Both the position numbers and the translations under genes were made by a program. From Candidatus Pacearchaeota archaeon UBA73 (GTDB lineage Archaea > Nanobdellota > Nanobdellia > Pacearchaeales > GW2011-AR1), in contig DAIF01000004.1 in the NCBI GenBank assembly GCA_002496015.1, positions 154,612 to 218,611 on the forward strand: a DNA stretch of 64,000 bases, read 5' to 3'. Positions 39,395 to 48,960 of the stretch are shown piece after piece; the first letter of the stretch is position 1; each line of letters begins with the position of its first letter. The notes beneath the pieces are model-generated. The model did no database searches and was not told the DNA's origin. It saw only the letters and a program-made list of their open reading frames with translations.

Positions 39395-39772
39395 ATGGAA
39401 GAAAAACTAAAATCTCTCGTCCAAAGAGTTTCAAAGAAGAAATATGTTGAAGCAATAATTCTTTTCGGCAGTCGTGCTAAGGGCAAGGCTAGAAAAGACT
39501 CGGATTATGACCTCGCAGTCTTAACAAAACAGATAACCCCTACACAAGCTTATGACACAATTGGATTAGGTTCGGACTCATTTCAGATCGAATTATTCAA
39601 CAAACTTCCCCTCCTAATTAGGTACGACGTGATCAAATATGGGAAAATTCTTTATTGCAAGGACAAGAACGCGTTAAACGAGATATTTTTTCATACTTTA
39701 AAACAATATCTTGATTTTGAACCCAGAATTAAATTATTCTATAAGGCAGTAATAAATGGAATACAACATTAA
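39395..39772 (+). CDS. MNT antitoxin
   Basis: LFGSRAKG...DSDYDLAV. Confidence 0.9.
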   Translation: MEEKLKSLVQRVSKKKYVEAIILFGSRAKGKARKDSDYDLAVLTKQITPTQAYDTIGLGSDSFQIELFNKLPLLIRYDVIKYGKILYCKDKNALNEIFFHTLKQYLDFEPRIKLFYKAVINGIQH

Positions 39773-40169
39773 TCGTATTGGCAATCTAATAAAAGAAACG
39801 GAAAAATATCTCGGCGAACTAAAGAGTTACAATATCAAATCAAAAGAGGATTTAACCGACTCAAAAACATTTCATGCAGCGTCTATGGTTGTTTTTGCTA
39901 TTCTGAACAGAATAATAGATTTGGGCAACGATATTTTAATTTCAGAGAATGTCGGAGCTCCAAATTCTTATCAAGACATTATGCCTCTTCTTGCGAAATC
40001 TAATGTAATAAATAGGGAGCAGGCAGCCGAACTAAATCTGCTCGTAAAAAAAAGAAATGTGTTTGCCCATTTCTATGGTGAAATAACAATGGCTGATCTT
40101 CTTTCAACAATCAAAAAGATTTACCTAGTTAACGATTTTCTTTCCGCAATAAGAAGAAGGGTTTATTGA
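39756..40169 (+). CDS. HEPN (DUF86) toxin
   Basis: PNSYQDI and KRNVFAHFY (RX4H). Confidence 0.85.
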   Translation: MEYNINRIGNLIKETEKYLGELKSYNIKSKEDLTDSKTFHAASMVVFAILNRIIDLGNDILISENVGAPNSYQDIMPLLAKSNVINREQAAELNLLVKKRNVFAHFYGEITMADLLSTIKKIYLVNDFLSAIRRRVY

Positions 40170-40183
40170 ATTTCGCTAGGCAC

Positions 40184-41194
40184 TCATCCAAAAAGAGTCC
40201 TCTGCGCACTCGCCTTTTTCACTTGCATAAGTTTATCCAGATTCTTCCGCACCCTCTCTTCACTAAAGTCATGCTCCTCAACCAAAATCCGAACAATCTC
40301 CTCAGTATCAAGTTTCCCAAACACTGGCTTCACATTATTCACATTCGGCTTCTTGAAAATCTCAAAAACATCCTTCCAGTTAAAATCCATCTGATGCTCA
40401 ACCTCTCTAAAAATTTCAACAGGACTCTTTCTCTGCGAAACCAAAGCCAAAGCTTTCTTTGGCCCAATTCCACGAATCCCGCCAGGATTAAAATCCGTGC
40501 CAACAAGTATCGCAAGACAAATCAATTGATCTCCTGTTAAATTCAATTCATTCAAAACTTTTTCATATTCAATCATCTCTGGATGCACTTCAGCATATCC
40601 TGAAGGAGTTTTCCGACGACGCGCCAAAGTCAAATTCTGTATTAACCTCCTCCCCCCCACAACCAAAGCATCGTAATCCTGCGAAGCGACTGCATACGCC
40701 TCTCCCATCTTAACTAAATGCGCTGCCTGCATCTCTCCTTCTCCCGGAGCAGAAACAACTGCAACCCCCATCGCCTCCAGAAGCGCCTTGCTCTCCCCGA
40801 CCATTCCTTTCTCGATTCTCACAAATCCCCGCGCGTATTTTCCCATGCCTTCAATATCTTCCTCTTCCTTTGCTTTCTCATATTTATCTGCCGCAATAAT
40901 CTTTGCCTCTTGCCTAATCTCATGTGTTCTCCTCTTCAAAACATTATACTCTCCGTCAAAGACATAAACAAGCTTTATTCCCTCTGACAGCAATGCAATG
41001 TTCCTGTAAAATAACCCTGATAAATGCGAAGTAATCCTCCTCTTCGAATCCATCAACGGCGTCCCGTCCGGCTGCCTAATGGAGCTCAAAAATTGATATA
41101 TTGCATTATACGCGTCAACAGCAATCACCTTGCCCTTAAGTTCCTCAAAACTAATCTCTTTCTTCGAGACCAATTCACCAATCTGCAATCCCAT
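40184..41194 (-). CDS. fen: flap endonuclease 1
   Basis: DAYNAIYQFLSSIRQPDG, EGEMQAA, SQDYD, GTDFNPGG, C-terminal PIP box QRTLF. Confidence 0.97.
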   Translation of the reverse strand: MGLQIGELVSKKEISFEELKGKVIAVDAYNAIYQFLSSIRQPDGTPLMDSKRRITSHLSGLFYRNIALLSEGIKLVYVFDGEYNVLKRRTHEIRQEAKIIAADKYEKAKEEEDIEGMGKYARGFVRIEKGMVGESKALLEAMGVAVVSAPGEGEMQAAHLVKMGEAYAVASQDYDALVVGGRRLIQNLTLARRRKTPSGYAEVHPEMIEYEKVLNELNLTGDQLICLAILVGTDFNPGGIRGIGPKKALALVSQRKSPVEIFREVEHQMDFNWKDVFEIFKKPNVNNVKPVFGKLDTEEIVRILVEEHDFSEERVRKNLDKLMQVKKASAQRTLFG

Positions 41195-41294
41195 TTATCA
41201 ACAAAACCCCATCCATTAATAAAATTAATCATTGGAACTCGCACATGGTCAAGGAAACCGCCAGATTTATAAACTAAAAACATCCAGTCTATCC

Positions 41295-41639
41295 ATGCAA
41301 GAAACTCAGATTTCAGTCAGGTCAGAAGATAAATCTCCGGTTATAGCCGCATTTTTCTTAGGCATCGCAACCTCTTTGTTCATAGTGATTTATTGGATTT
41401 CCTTCACTAATGTCTTGGTCTTTTCATTCATTTCTTTGGCCACACTGGTAATCTTCTTGACGATTGCGATCCTTCTGGCTCAACCCCGAAAGACAAAGAA
41501 AGTTGTTCGTGTCTCAAAGATTGACGAGCCTGTAAAACCCCTGAACCCTGAAAGGGTTGACATAGCAGTCTCTCCGGTGAAACCAATTAAACAGCCAAAA
41601 AAGCGCGGTCGCCCAAAGAAATCTTCCTCAAAGAAATAA
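41295..41639 (+). CDS. 2-TM membrane protein with basic tail
   Basis: ATG after TATA, two TMs, KKRGRPKK AT-hook-like tail. Confidence 0.6.
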   Translation: MQETQISVRSEDKSPVIAAFFLGIATSLFIVIYWISFTNVLVFSFISLATLVIFLTIAILLAQPRKTKKVVRVSKIDEPVKPLNPERVDIAVSPVKPIKQPKKRGRPKKSSSKK

Positions 41640-42146
41640 TTATCTAAATTCTCTTTCTTCTTGCCTTAGTCTATCATTCTTCTGCGCAATCTCTCTCAAG
41701 GCAAAAGCCGCGCCATGCGCTCTCGCTTGTCCCCTGACGTCTTGTTTGATTTGCCTCAATAACTCCCACTTCGCTTTTTTCGTTAATCGACTATATGGTG
41801 GCACACTGTAACCTGCTTCTCGAATTTCTCTCAATCTACTACTTAATTCTCTGTCTTGAATGCTCTCTCCTTTGCCAAGCGCAGGAAATCTTCTATATGC
41901 AATCCTCGCTAACCTTGCCCAATATTCTACTTGTTGATTACTCTCATCCCGAACATCGCTCAACTCTCTTTCTCTACTCTCTTCGTACATTAACACAGCC
42001 ATCCCTTCGTCATACAACGCCGGATCTTCAGGTTCAATTCCCAATTCATTACAAAGTACATGATACTCTCTGGCGTCCCTCCCGCTAAACGCATCAACTC
42101 TTCTCGAACTAAGTTCTTCAAGACTTTTTACCATAAATTCCCACAA
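41640..42146 (-). CDS. hypothetical protein
   Basis: 168-aa charged helical ORF. Confidence 0.6.
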   Translation of the reverse strand: MWEFMVKSLEELSSRRVDAFSGRDAREYHVLCNELGIEPEDPALYDEGMAVLMYEESRERELSDVRDESNQQVEYWARLARIAYRRFPALGKGESIQDRELSSRLREIREAGYSVPPYSRLTKKAKWELLRQIKQDVRGQARAHGAAFALREIAQKNDRLRQEEREFR

Positions 42147-42209
42147 AGAGTTTCTTATTTAAATGTTACTACCCGTATAGATAAATCAACTCATAATTTG
42201 GCAAACAAC

Positions 42210-42216
42210 TTATATA
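42210..42216 (+). promoter_or_regulatory. archaeal TATA box of polB (leaderless-type spacing; example of a pattern seen before many genes)
   Basis: TTATATA preceded by A-rich BRE-like bases, ~22 nt before ATG 42238. Confidence 0.55.
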
Positions 42217-42237
42217 TTCCAAATTCTTTATCTCCAA

Positions 42238-44559
42238 ATGAAAGCTTTCATTATCTACGCTACTCACGACATCATTGACAATAAAACAGTAGTCCAATTA
42301 TTCGGCAGACTCGAAAATGGTCAGTCCTTCGTAGCCACCAAAAAAATCTCTCCCTATTTCTTTGTGCGAAAAAAAGATTCAAAAAAATTAAAAGAAAAAC
42401 CAGAGGATACAAAATTAAAAAATTTTCAGGGTGAGGAAGTCGTAAGAATCTCTTTTGAGAATCAGACAGATTTGATTAATGCCTATAAGGAATATCACCA
42501 TGAAGTGGATATCTACGAAGCCGACCTAAAACCTCAAACAAGATTCATAATTGATAATGACCTGCTTGGTAACATCGAAATTGAAGGAGAATACGAACCT
42601 TCTGAAAAAATCGACCGGGTTTACAAAGAACCAAAAATCTCCCCAATCGCGCAGGAAGACTTCACACCCAAACTAAAACTTATCTCACTCGATACTGAAT
42701 GTGACACAAAAGGAAAACTCTACTGCATCGGTCTCTACGGCGAAAACTATCGGAAGAATTTTATGATCACCAAGCATGAGCTGAAGCACACAATCCCATG
42801 TAAGAGCGAAGAAGAATGCTTGGAAAAATTCAAGTCAGAGATTATAAAACTCGACCCTGACGTCATAATCGGCTGGAATGTCATAGACCACGACTTCTCT
42901 TACCTCAGGGAATTATTCCGCAAGCACAAAATCCCCTTTGACATTGGTCGTACGAACGATGAACCAAGATTAAGAATTGAGTCAAATTTCTTCAAATCGT
43001 CTTCCATAAACGTTCCGGGCAGACAAGTTCTCGACGGAATAAATCTTATCCGCGATCCTTTAATCAAAGAAGCCCCATCCATAAAATTCGCAGACTTCGA
43101 ATCTTTCAGACTCGAAGACGTCTCTCAAGCGATACTCGGAAAAGGCAAGTTGCTGAAAGGAAAAGACCGCCACAAAGAAATTGAATCCCTCTATAAAACT
43201 CACACTGAAAAATCATTACAAACTCTCGCGGAATACAATTTAATAGATTGTGAATTAGTCTATGAAATTCTAAAAAAGACAATGATGATTGAGCTGGCTA
43301 TTGAACGCTCACAACTCACAGGCTTGACCTTTGATCGTCTCACAGGTTCAATCGTTGCGTTTGACTCACTTTACATACGCGAAGCGAGAAAAAATTGCAT
43401 GGTTTCTCCGACCAACGAATACAAACGAAAAGAGACTCGCATAACTGGAGGTTATGTTCATAGCTCTAATGCTGGCGTCTACAAAAACGTTCTAGTCTTC
43501 GATTTCAAATCTCTGTACGCCTCGATCATTCAAACGTTCAACATTGATCCCTCGTCGTTCCTGGGGAAAAAAGAGGAAAAGGGTTGCATAAAGGCACCAA
43601 ACGGCGCGTGCTTCAGAAATCAAGATGGCCTTCTCCCGCAAATTCTTAGAAGACTCCACAACGCCAGAGAAAAAGCAAAAAAAGAAAAAAGAGAGTTGTC
43701 GAATTATGCGATAAAAACAATAATGAACTCGTTCTGGGGCGTTCTTGCTTCTCCAAACCTCAGATATTTCGACCTCGATATGGCTAACGCGATAACCAGT
43801 TCAGGCAGGTTCATCGTACAACTCACAGCAAAAGAAATAGAAAAAATGGGTTACAAGACAATATATTCAGACACAGATTCTGTCTTTGTAGAAACAAAAC
43901 TAGGAAAAGAAAAAGCAAACGCGCTTGGAAAAAAGATCGCAGAAGACATAAACAAATTCTACGACAACTACGCAAAAAAGAACTTCAACAGAAAATCTTA
44001 TCTCGAACTAGAATTTGAAAAGCAGTATCTTTCTATGATAATCCCACAGATTCGTGGTGGAGACGTCGCTGCCAAAAAGAGATACGCCGGTCTTCTGGAC
44101 AAGTCAGGAAAAGAGGAAGTCGAGGTCGTTGGCCTTGAAGCAATTCGCGGCGACTGGACAGACGCTGCTCAGGACTTTCAACTAAAACTTCTGGATAAAC
44201 TATTTCACGATCAGCCAATAGATTCGTTCATTCGCGACTATCTGAAGAAAATCCGTTCGGGAAAACTTGACGAAAAGTTGATTTATCGTAAGTCAATAAG
44301 AAAGAATCTTGAAGAATACACAAAAACGACACCGCCCCACGTAAAAGCCGCTCGTAAACTGGACAATTTAGAATCAAATGTCATAGAATATTACATAACT
44401 CTCGACGGTCCGGAGCCAATCCAAAAACTAAAACACAAAATAGACTATGAACATTATGTTACAAAGCAAATCAAGCCGATTGCAGAACAAATACTTTCTT
44501 TATTCAATAAAAAATTTGAAGACATTACGCAGGACTCAAAACAAACTAAACTATTTTGA
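42238..44559 (+). CDS. polB: family B DNA polymerase
   Basis: ExoI LDTE, ExoIII YNLID, DFKSLYASII, KTIMNSFWG, YSDTDS, KKRY, PIP box QTKLF. Confidence 0.97.
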   Translation: MKAFIIYATHDIIDNKTVVQLFGRLENGQSFVATKKISPYFFVRKKDSKKLKEKPEDTKLKNFQGEEVVRISFENQTDLINAYKEYHHEVDIYEADLKPQTRFIIDNDLLGNIEIEGEYEPSEKIDRVYKEPKISPIAQEDFTPKLKLISLDTECDTKGKLYCIGLYGENYRKNFMITKHELKHTIPCKSEEECLEKFKSEIIKLDPDVIIGWNVIDHDFSYLRELFRKHKIPFDIGRTNDEPRLRIESNFFKSSSINVPGRQVLDGINLIRDPLIKEAPSIKFADFESFRLEDVSQAILGKGKLLKGKDRHKEIESLYKTHTEKSLQTLAEYNLIDCELVYEILKKTMMIELAIERSQLTGLTFDRLTGSIVAFDSLYIREARKNCMVSPTNEYKRKETRITGGYVHSSNAGVYKNVLVFDFKSLYASIIQTFNIDPSSFLGKKEEKGCIKAPNGACFRNQDGLLPQILRRLHNAREKAKKEKRELSNYAIKTIMNSFWGVLASPNLRYFDLDMANAITSSGRFIVQLTAKEIEKMGYKTIYSDTDSVFVETKLGKEKANALGKKIAEDINKFYDNYAKKNFNRKSYLELEFEKQYLSMIIPQIRGGDVAAKKRYAGLLDKSGKEEVEVVGLEAIRGDWTDAAQDFQLKLLDKLFHDQPIDSFIRDYLKKIRSGKLDEKLIYRKSIRKNLEEYTKTTPPHVKAARKLDNLESNVIEYYITLDGPEPIQKLKHKIDYEHYVTKQIKPIAEQILSLFNKKFEDITQDSKQTKLF

Positions 44560-44618
44560 GGGTGCTCCCGCCCGACGCGCAAACAAAATTATATAAACTG
44601 CGCGCGGTTGATAAGCAC

Positions 44619-45140
44619 ATGAGTTTTTTAGGACACTTCATTCTGCTTGTCCTGCTTTACCTAATTGTAACTGTGCTCGTTCCGGCGTTAATTCTTCCCA
44701 ACTATCTTATTTACAAGCCAAATTATAAAATAACTTCTAAAAAACTGATTAAAGAGATTAAAAGATTGGACAAAATAAGAAACGACGAAGAATTTATCCG
44801 AGCAGCTTTCGACTTTGTCACAAGAAGGTACAAATCTGCGGATCCTCTGACCTTTCTTTTAAACTTGCACAAGTTATTCTGGAGCAATCCAAATAAAATA
44901 ATCGATAAGAAGGGTTTTGCTTATTGCCACATACAAAACCTAATGTTAAAGACAATCCTTTTAGAAAGCGGCAGATTCGGTAAAAGCCAAATAAAAACAA
45001 AACTGGCTTTTACAGTTATAATCCACCAATATCTCGTCGTCAGAACAAAAAATTCAGAAATTGAACTGGACCCATACAGCTACGCAAGAGGCGTACCTTA
45101 CGGAAAACACCTTAACACAAAAACCTTCCTATTTGGGTAA
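44619..45140 (+). CDS. membrane-anchored transglutaminase-like protein
   Basis: N-terminal TM, AYCH, IHQYL, LDP (Cys-His-Asp triad pattern). Confidence 0.65.
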   Translation: MSFLGHFILLVLLYLIVTVLVPALILPNYLIYKPNYKITSKKLIKEIKRLDKIRNDEEFIRAAFDFVTRRYKSADPLTFLLNLHKLFWSNPNKIIDKKGFAYCHIQNLMLKTILLESGRFGKSQIKTKLAFTVIIHQYLVVRTKNSEIELDPYSYARGVPYGKHLNTKTFLFG

Positions 45141-45677
45141 TCACATATCAAACATAAAATACGCAGCATTGTCTATTTTATTCAAAAATGCATCTTCATC
45201 CCCAAGCTGATTGAACAATGCCATCACTGCTTGGATAACTCCTTCATGCGTCACGATTAACACTCTTCCATATTTCTTTTTTCTCAGCCACATCAAAAAA
45301 TCGTAAACTCTCTGTTTCAAATCCAAAAACGACTCACACCCTTCAACTTTAAATTCTGAAAATTTTTCTGCGCCTTTACGGGCTTCGTAGTAAATCTCAA
45401 TGCTTTCTCCCTCGAAACCATATTTCATCTCGTTCAGCCTTTTGTCAGTTTTGATTTTTTGCTTCCGACCTTTGACCAGTATTTCAGCGCTCTCTTTTGC
45501 ACGCATAAACTGCGAGGAGAATATCGCGTCGAATCGCATACTCTTTAGTTCTCCCGCGACTTTTTCAACTTGGTCTCTCCCGCGAAGCGTCAAATGAACT
45601 TCTTTTTTAGGATCAAAATTAATTCGTCTTGCGACATTGTATTCACTCTCTCCATGCCTCATAAAATAAACCTTCAT
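45141..45677 (-). CDS. histidine phosphatase (phosphoglycerate mutase family)
   Basis: RHGES, SSQFMRA, LNE, VTHEG. Confidence 0.92.
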   Translation of the reverse strand: MKVYFMRHGESEYNVARRINFDPKKEVHLTLRGRDQVEKVAGELKSMRFDAIFSSQFMRAKESAEILVKGRKQKIKTDKRLNEMKYGFEGESIEIYYEARKGAEKFSEFKVEGCESFLDLKQRVYDFLMWLRKKKYGRVLIVTHEGVIQAVMALFNQLGDEDAFLNKIDNAAYFMFDM

Positions 45678-45750
45678 TCCTTTATCTGGTAGAAAACTAA
45701 TATAAATCTTTCTGATTCAGGTCGGCGCAACCAGCGCTTCGCGTTGTTTA

Positions 45751-46284
45751 CTAATTAAAGCTATCTAATTTTCCCGTCTGCTGCCCGCTCGGCAACACTG
45801 CGCGCATAAGAAGCATTAGTAAAAAAGATACGTTCGTTGCATTCTCTGCATTATAATTCTCCTTTCCGACTAAATCCTCAAGTTTTGTTTGTAGATTTGC
45901 ACTCAAATTTCCGCAAATCGGATAAGCGATAGTTTTAAACGCAGCGCGGCCGGCTGTTTTTCCCGCCCTTACAGCGACGTTTCCGACTCTTGCAGCAACA
46001 TTGTATAAGTCGGAGGCAACGACGCCCGCAACGCTTTTTGTTACATCTAAAAAGTTATCTGAGACACTTAACTCTTCTGAGTGTCTCTTATCATTCTGGT
46101 AACATGAAGCCCCATAACCGTTGTGGAAATCACATTGATAAAATAACGTTCTTTTACTTTGTCCATTATCTTGCCCAGCGTTCGGTTCTGCAACATATTT
46201 TCTGCCGCCAACTTCTAAAACATCCAGTCTGCCGTCGCCATCCAAGTCAGAGCCCCTTGCTGCAATATTGTTTGAATCTTTCAC
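45751..46284 (-). CDS. hypothetical protein with EF-hand-like DLDGDGRLD loop
   Basis: GGGGTG-type start, last gene of a small-gene operon. Confidence 0.5.
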   Translation of the reverse strand: MKDSNNIAARGSDLDGDGRLDVLEVGGRKYVAEPNAGQDNGQSKRTLFYQCDFHNGYGASCYQNDKRHSEELSVSDNFLDVTKSVAGVVASDLYNVAARVGNVAVRAGKTAGRAAFKTIAYPICGNLSANLQTKLEDLVGKENYNAENATNVSFLLMLLMRAVLPSGQQTGKLDSFN

Positions 46285-46295
46285 CCCAACTTTTA

Positions 46296-46589
46296 CTATT
46301 CTTCTCCGCCAGAAGGGACCTTCAATTCTAAGACCATAATCTGGTAACCTCTCTCTATAATTGCCTGATTAAAGTTCCCCGGTTTGCACCCATATCTCTC
46401 AACAGCTTCCAGAATAATCCTCCCCATATTACGTTCCTCTGAAGTCATTGGAGTATAGGCCACAGGTCGCACGGCTTTCTGCGGTTGTGCTAACTCTGTT
46501 TCAACTATTTTATCAATCGTCTTTTCTTTCTCCGCAGGCGCTTCTTCTCGTCTTTTTCTAACCATTAATCCTTCATCTTCAAAACTCAT
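46296..46589 (-). CDS. hypothetical protein
   Basis: 97-aa ORF with GGGGG RBS-like element. Confidence 0.6.
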   Translation of the reverse strand: MSFEDEGLMVRKRREEAPAEKEKTIDKIVETELAQPQKAVRPVAYTPMTSEERNMGRIILEAVERYGCKPGNFNQAIIERGYQIMVLELKVPSGGEE

Positions 46590-46641
46590 TGTTCAACCCC
46601 CACTAAACTTTCTAATTCCATCGGATTTTTTACTTTGTCAC

Positions 46642-46788
46642 TCATTTCCCTTCCTCCTCCCCCAAAAGTTTTTCCAGCGCAACTTCAACAGCATGAGATT
46701 TATTTCTAAACTTGCTCGTCTTAAGCAACTCATCCAACTTCCTTACTTTCTCTTCCTCGATTGATATACTTATTTTTTGTTTCGTCAT
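46642..46788 (-). CDS. CopG/RHH-type DNA-binding protein (48 aa)
   Basis: MTKQKISISIEEEKVRKLDELLKTSKFRNKSHAVEVALEKLL; GGAGG RBS. Confidence 0.75.
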   Translation of the reverse strand: MTKQKISISIEEEKVRKLDELLKTSKFRNKSHAVEVALEKLLGEEEGK

Positions 46789-46789
46789 T

Positions 46790-47005
46790 TTAATTTTTTA
46801 GACCTCCGGTTCTTTCAAGATAAGCCATATAAGAGTTCAGATACAGACCAGGTCTGCACTTCCTCAATTCTTCCACATAACGCCAGGCCTTAATTTCTAC
46901 TTGGGAAGCTTCAAATTTATCTAATTCATCCAAACCAACAGACCCTTCAGAAGTGTCTATCTTCATAACTTCCGCCTCCAATGTTTTTCGATTTTTATCG
47001 TTCAT
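46790..47005 (-). CDS. hypothetical protein
   Basis: MNDKNRKTLE... starting immediately after the preceding stop codon. Confidence 0.55.
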   Translation of the reverse strand: MNDKNRKTLEAEVMKIDTSEGSVGLDELDKFEASQVEIKAWRYVEELRKCRPGLYLNSYMAYLERTGGLKN

Positions 47006-47006
47006 T

Positions 47007-47372
47007 TTATTCAACCCTCTCCCCATTAACTAAAATTACTCTCGGCATAGGAACATCGTCTTCTTCCGCCTGCTCTTCCTTAGTCCATTCGTCCATCAAC
47101 TTATTAATCTCTTGTTCTCTCTGATATTGTGCTCTTGCGCTCTGCAAAAATCCTCGTTTCGCATCTTCCTCAGAAAGTTCAACTCTCGCTCCCAGCTCAT
47201 ATCTCCTTAATTTCTCATTCAGAACAACAATTTGCCCGACCCTGTATTTCCTGCCCTCATAAAGAACAGTGCGCGGTTCGTCAAGCGCAACTCTTGCAAA
47301 ACCATCTCTGACTAAATCAACTCTTCCGGAATACCTTCCTTCAGCCAACCGATTTTCTATCATTCTTATCAT
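47007..47372 (-). CDS. hypothetical protein
   Basis: 121-aa ORF, first gene of the operon. Confidence 0.6.
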   Translation of the reverse strand: MIRMIENRLAEGRYSGRVDLVRDGFARVALDEPRTVLYEGRKYRVGQIVVLNEKLRRYELGARVELSEEDAKRGFLQSARAQYQREQEINKLMDEWTKEEQAEEDDVPMPRVILVNGERVE

Positions 47373-47557
47373 TTTAGTATTTCCTGCTCTTTCGGAGCAT
47401 TTCTTACTACTTTATAGTAACAGTTATACTATTTAAACCTTTGCATTTGTTACCCCTTTAAAGAAACATCAAGTTTAATTAAAAATTTGTTTCGACCGCC
47501 TTCTCAGAAGGAGAAAACAATCATAACAGATAAAAAGGCGTATTCCCCATTAATTTT

Positions 47558-48535
47558 ATGTCAAAGAATTACAAATACGAAATGAAACCCCTATTCGAAG
47601 AACGCATGCGCATCCTCCTACCAGACAATAAAGATTTCGAAAATTACAACAAGATTATTCACACTTCTCCCCAAAGCTTCCTCCGTTGCAACACCCTAAA
47701 AACCTCGCCAAACGAATTACTCTTACATCTCGAAAGAAAAGGTTGGATGCTCAGCCAGCCATTCCCGAACCACCCAGAGATAATGCTCGTAACATCTGAC
47801 ATCGGTCCCGGCGAACTAGGCAACGCGCTTGAACACCAACTCGGCTATTATTACATCCAGGAAATTTCTTCAATGCTCCCGGTAATCGCTCTGAATCCCC
47901 AACCAAATGATTTCGTCCTCGATCTATGCGCTTCACCCGGAAGCAAAACTACTCAAATCGCAGCCGCGATGCAAAACCAAGGCACCATCATAGCAAACGA
48001 TTTCAAAATTGATAGAATCAGCATACTCGTCTCAAACCTCGAACGCTGCGGCGTCACAAATACTATCGTAACAAGAAAAGACGCAATAGCATTCACCTCC
48101 GCGCTCTCAAAATACCCACTACCAAAATTCGACAGAATTCTCCTGGACGTTCCCTGCTCCGGCGAAGGCACAATCCGCTCCAGTCCAAAAACACTCATTC
48201 AATGGAATCTAAAAGTCATAAAAAAACTTTCGAGGCAACAAAAAAAATTCTTCGCCTTCGTAGTAAAATGCCTAAAAAAAGGCGGAACTTTAGTTTATTC
48301 AACTTGCACGCACGCCCCGGAAGAAAACGAAGAAGTCATCTCATTCGCACTTGAAAACTTCCCGCTCAAAGCAGAAACTCTTTCCCTCCCGCTCAAATGT
48401 CGTCCAGGCATCCGGGAATGGAAAAACGACAAGTTCCACAAAGAGGTAAACAAAGCGTGCCGCATTTATCCCCAAGACAACGACTCCGAAGGCTTCTTCG
48501 TCAGTAAATTCACCCTCTTGGAGGACATCGAATGA
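47558..48535 (+). CDS. RsmB/NOP2 (NSUN) family RNA m5C methyltransferase
   Basis: YYIQEISS, LDLCASPGSKT, LLDVPCSGEG, YSTCT, ENE. Confidence 0.95.
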   Translation: MSKNYKYEMKPLFEERMRILLPDNKDFENYNKIIHTSPQSFLRCNTLKTSPNELLLHLERKGWMLSQPFPNHPEIMLVTSDIGPGELGNALEHQLGYYYIQEISSMLPVIALNPQPNDFVLDLCASPGSKTTQIAAAMQNQGTIIANDFKIDRISILVSNLERCGVTNTIVTRKDAIAFTSALSKYPLPKFDRILLDVPCSGEGTIRSSPKTLIQWNLKVIKKLSRQQKKFFAFVVKCLKKGGTLVYSTCTHAPEENEEVISFALENFPLKAETLSLPLKCRPGIREWKNDKFHKEVNKACRIYPQDNDSEGFFVSKFTLLEDIE

Positions 48536-48960
48536 AAAACCCACTTTACTCCTTAATTCCAAAATTCGTCAAAGCAACAGTCGCAGTAATAATAACTAAA
48601 AATAATAAAATTCTCCTAGAAAAAAGAAGTCTCCTAATCCCTGAAAGTAGAAAATGGTGCCTTCCCGGCGGACACATTGACGCGGGCGAAACAGCTGAAA
48701 ACGCAATAAAAAGAGAAATTCGGGAAGAACTCGGTGTTTCAACAAAAAACCTCAAATTCTTAGGCTACTCCGACGAAATCCTGCCGGAGATAAAAACTTA
48801 CTCTATTGTTTTGATTTACAGTGCAAAAACCCGAGGCAAATTCAAACCCCAAAAGCTCGAAGTCTCAGAAATTAGTTGGTTTACAAAAGAAGAAATTTCA
48901 AAATTGAACGTGGCTTTCAAACACAAAGAGATAATCGAAAAATACTGGAGTAAAAAATGA
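48532..48960 (+). CDS. NUDIX hydrolase
   Basis: PGGHIDAGETAENAIKREIREELG Nudix box. Confidence 0.93.
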   Translation: MKNPLYSLIPKFVKATVAVIITKNNKILLEKRSLLIPESRKWCLPGGHIDAGETAENAIKREIREELGVSTKNLKFLGYSDEILPEIKTYSIVLIYSAKTRGKFKPQKLEVSEISWFTKEEISKLNVAFKHKEIIEKYWSKK

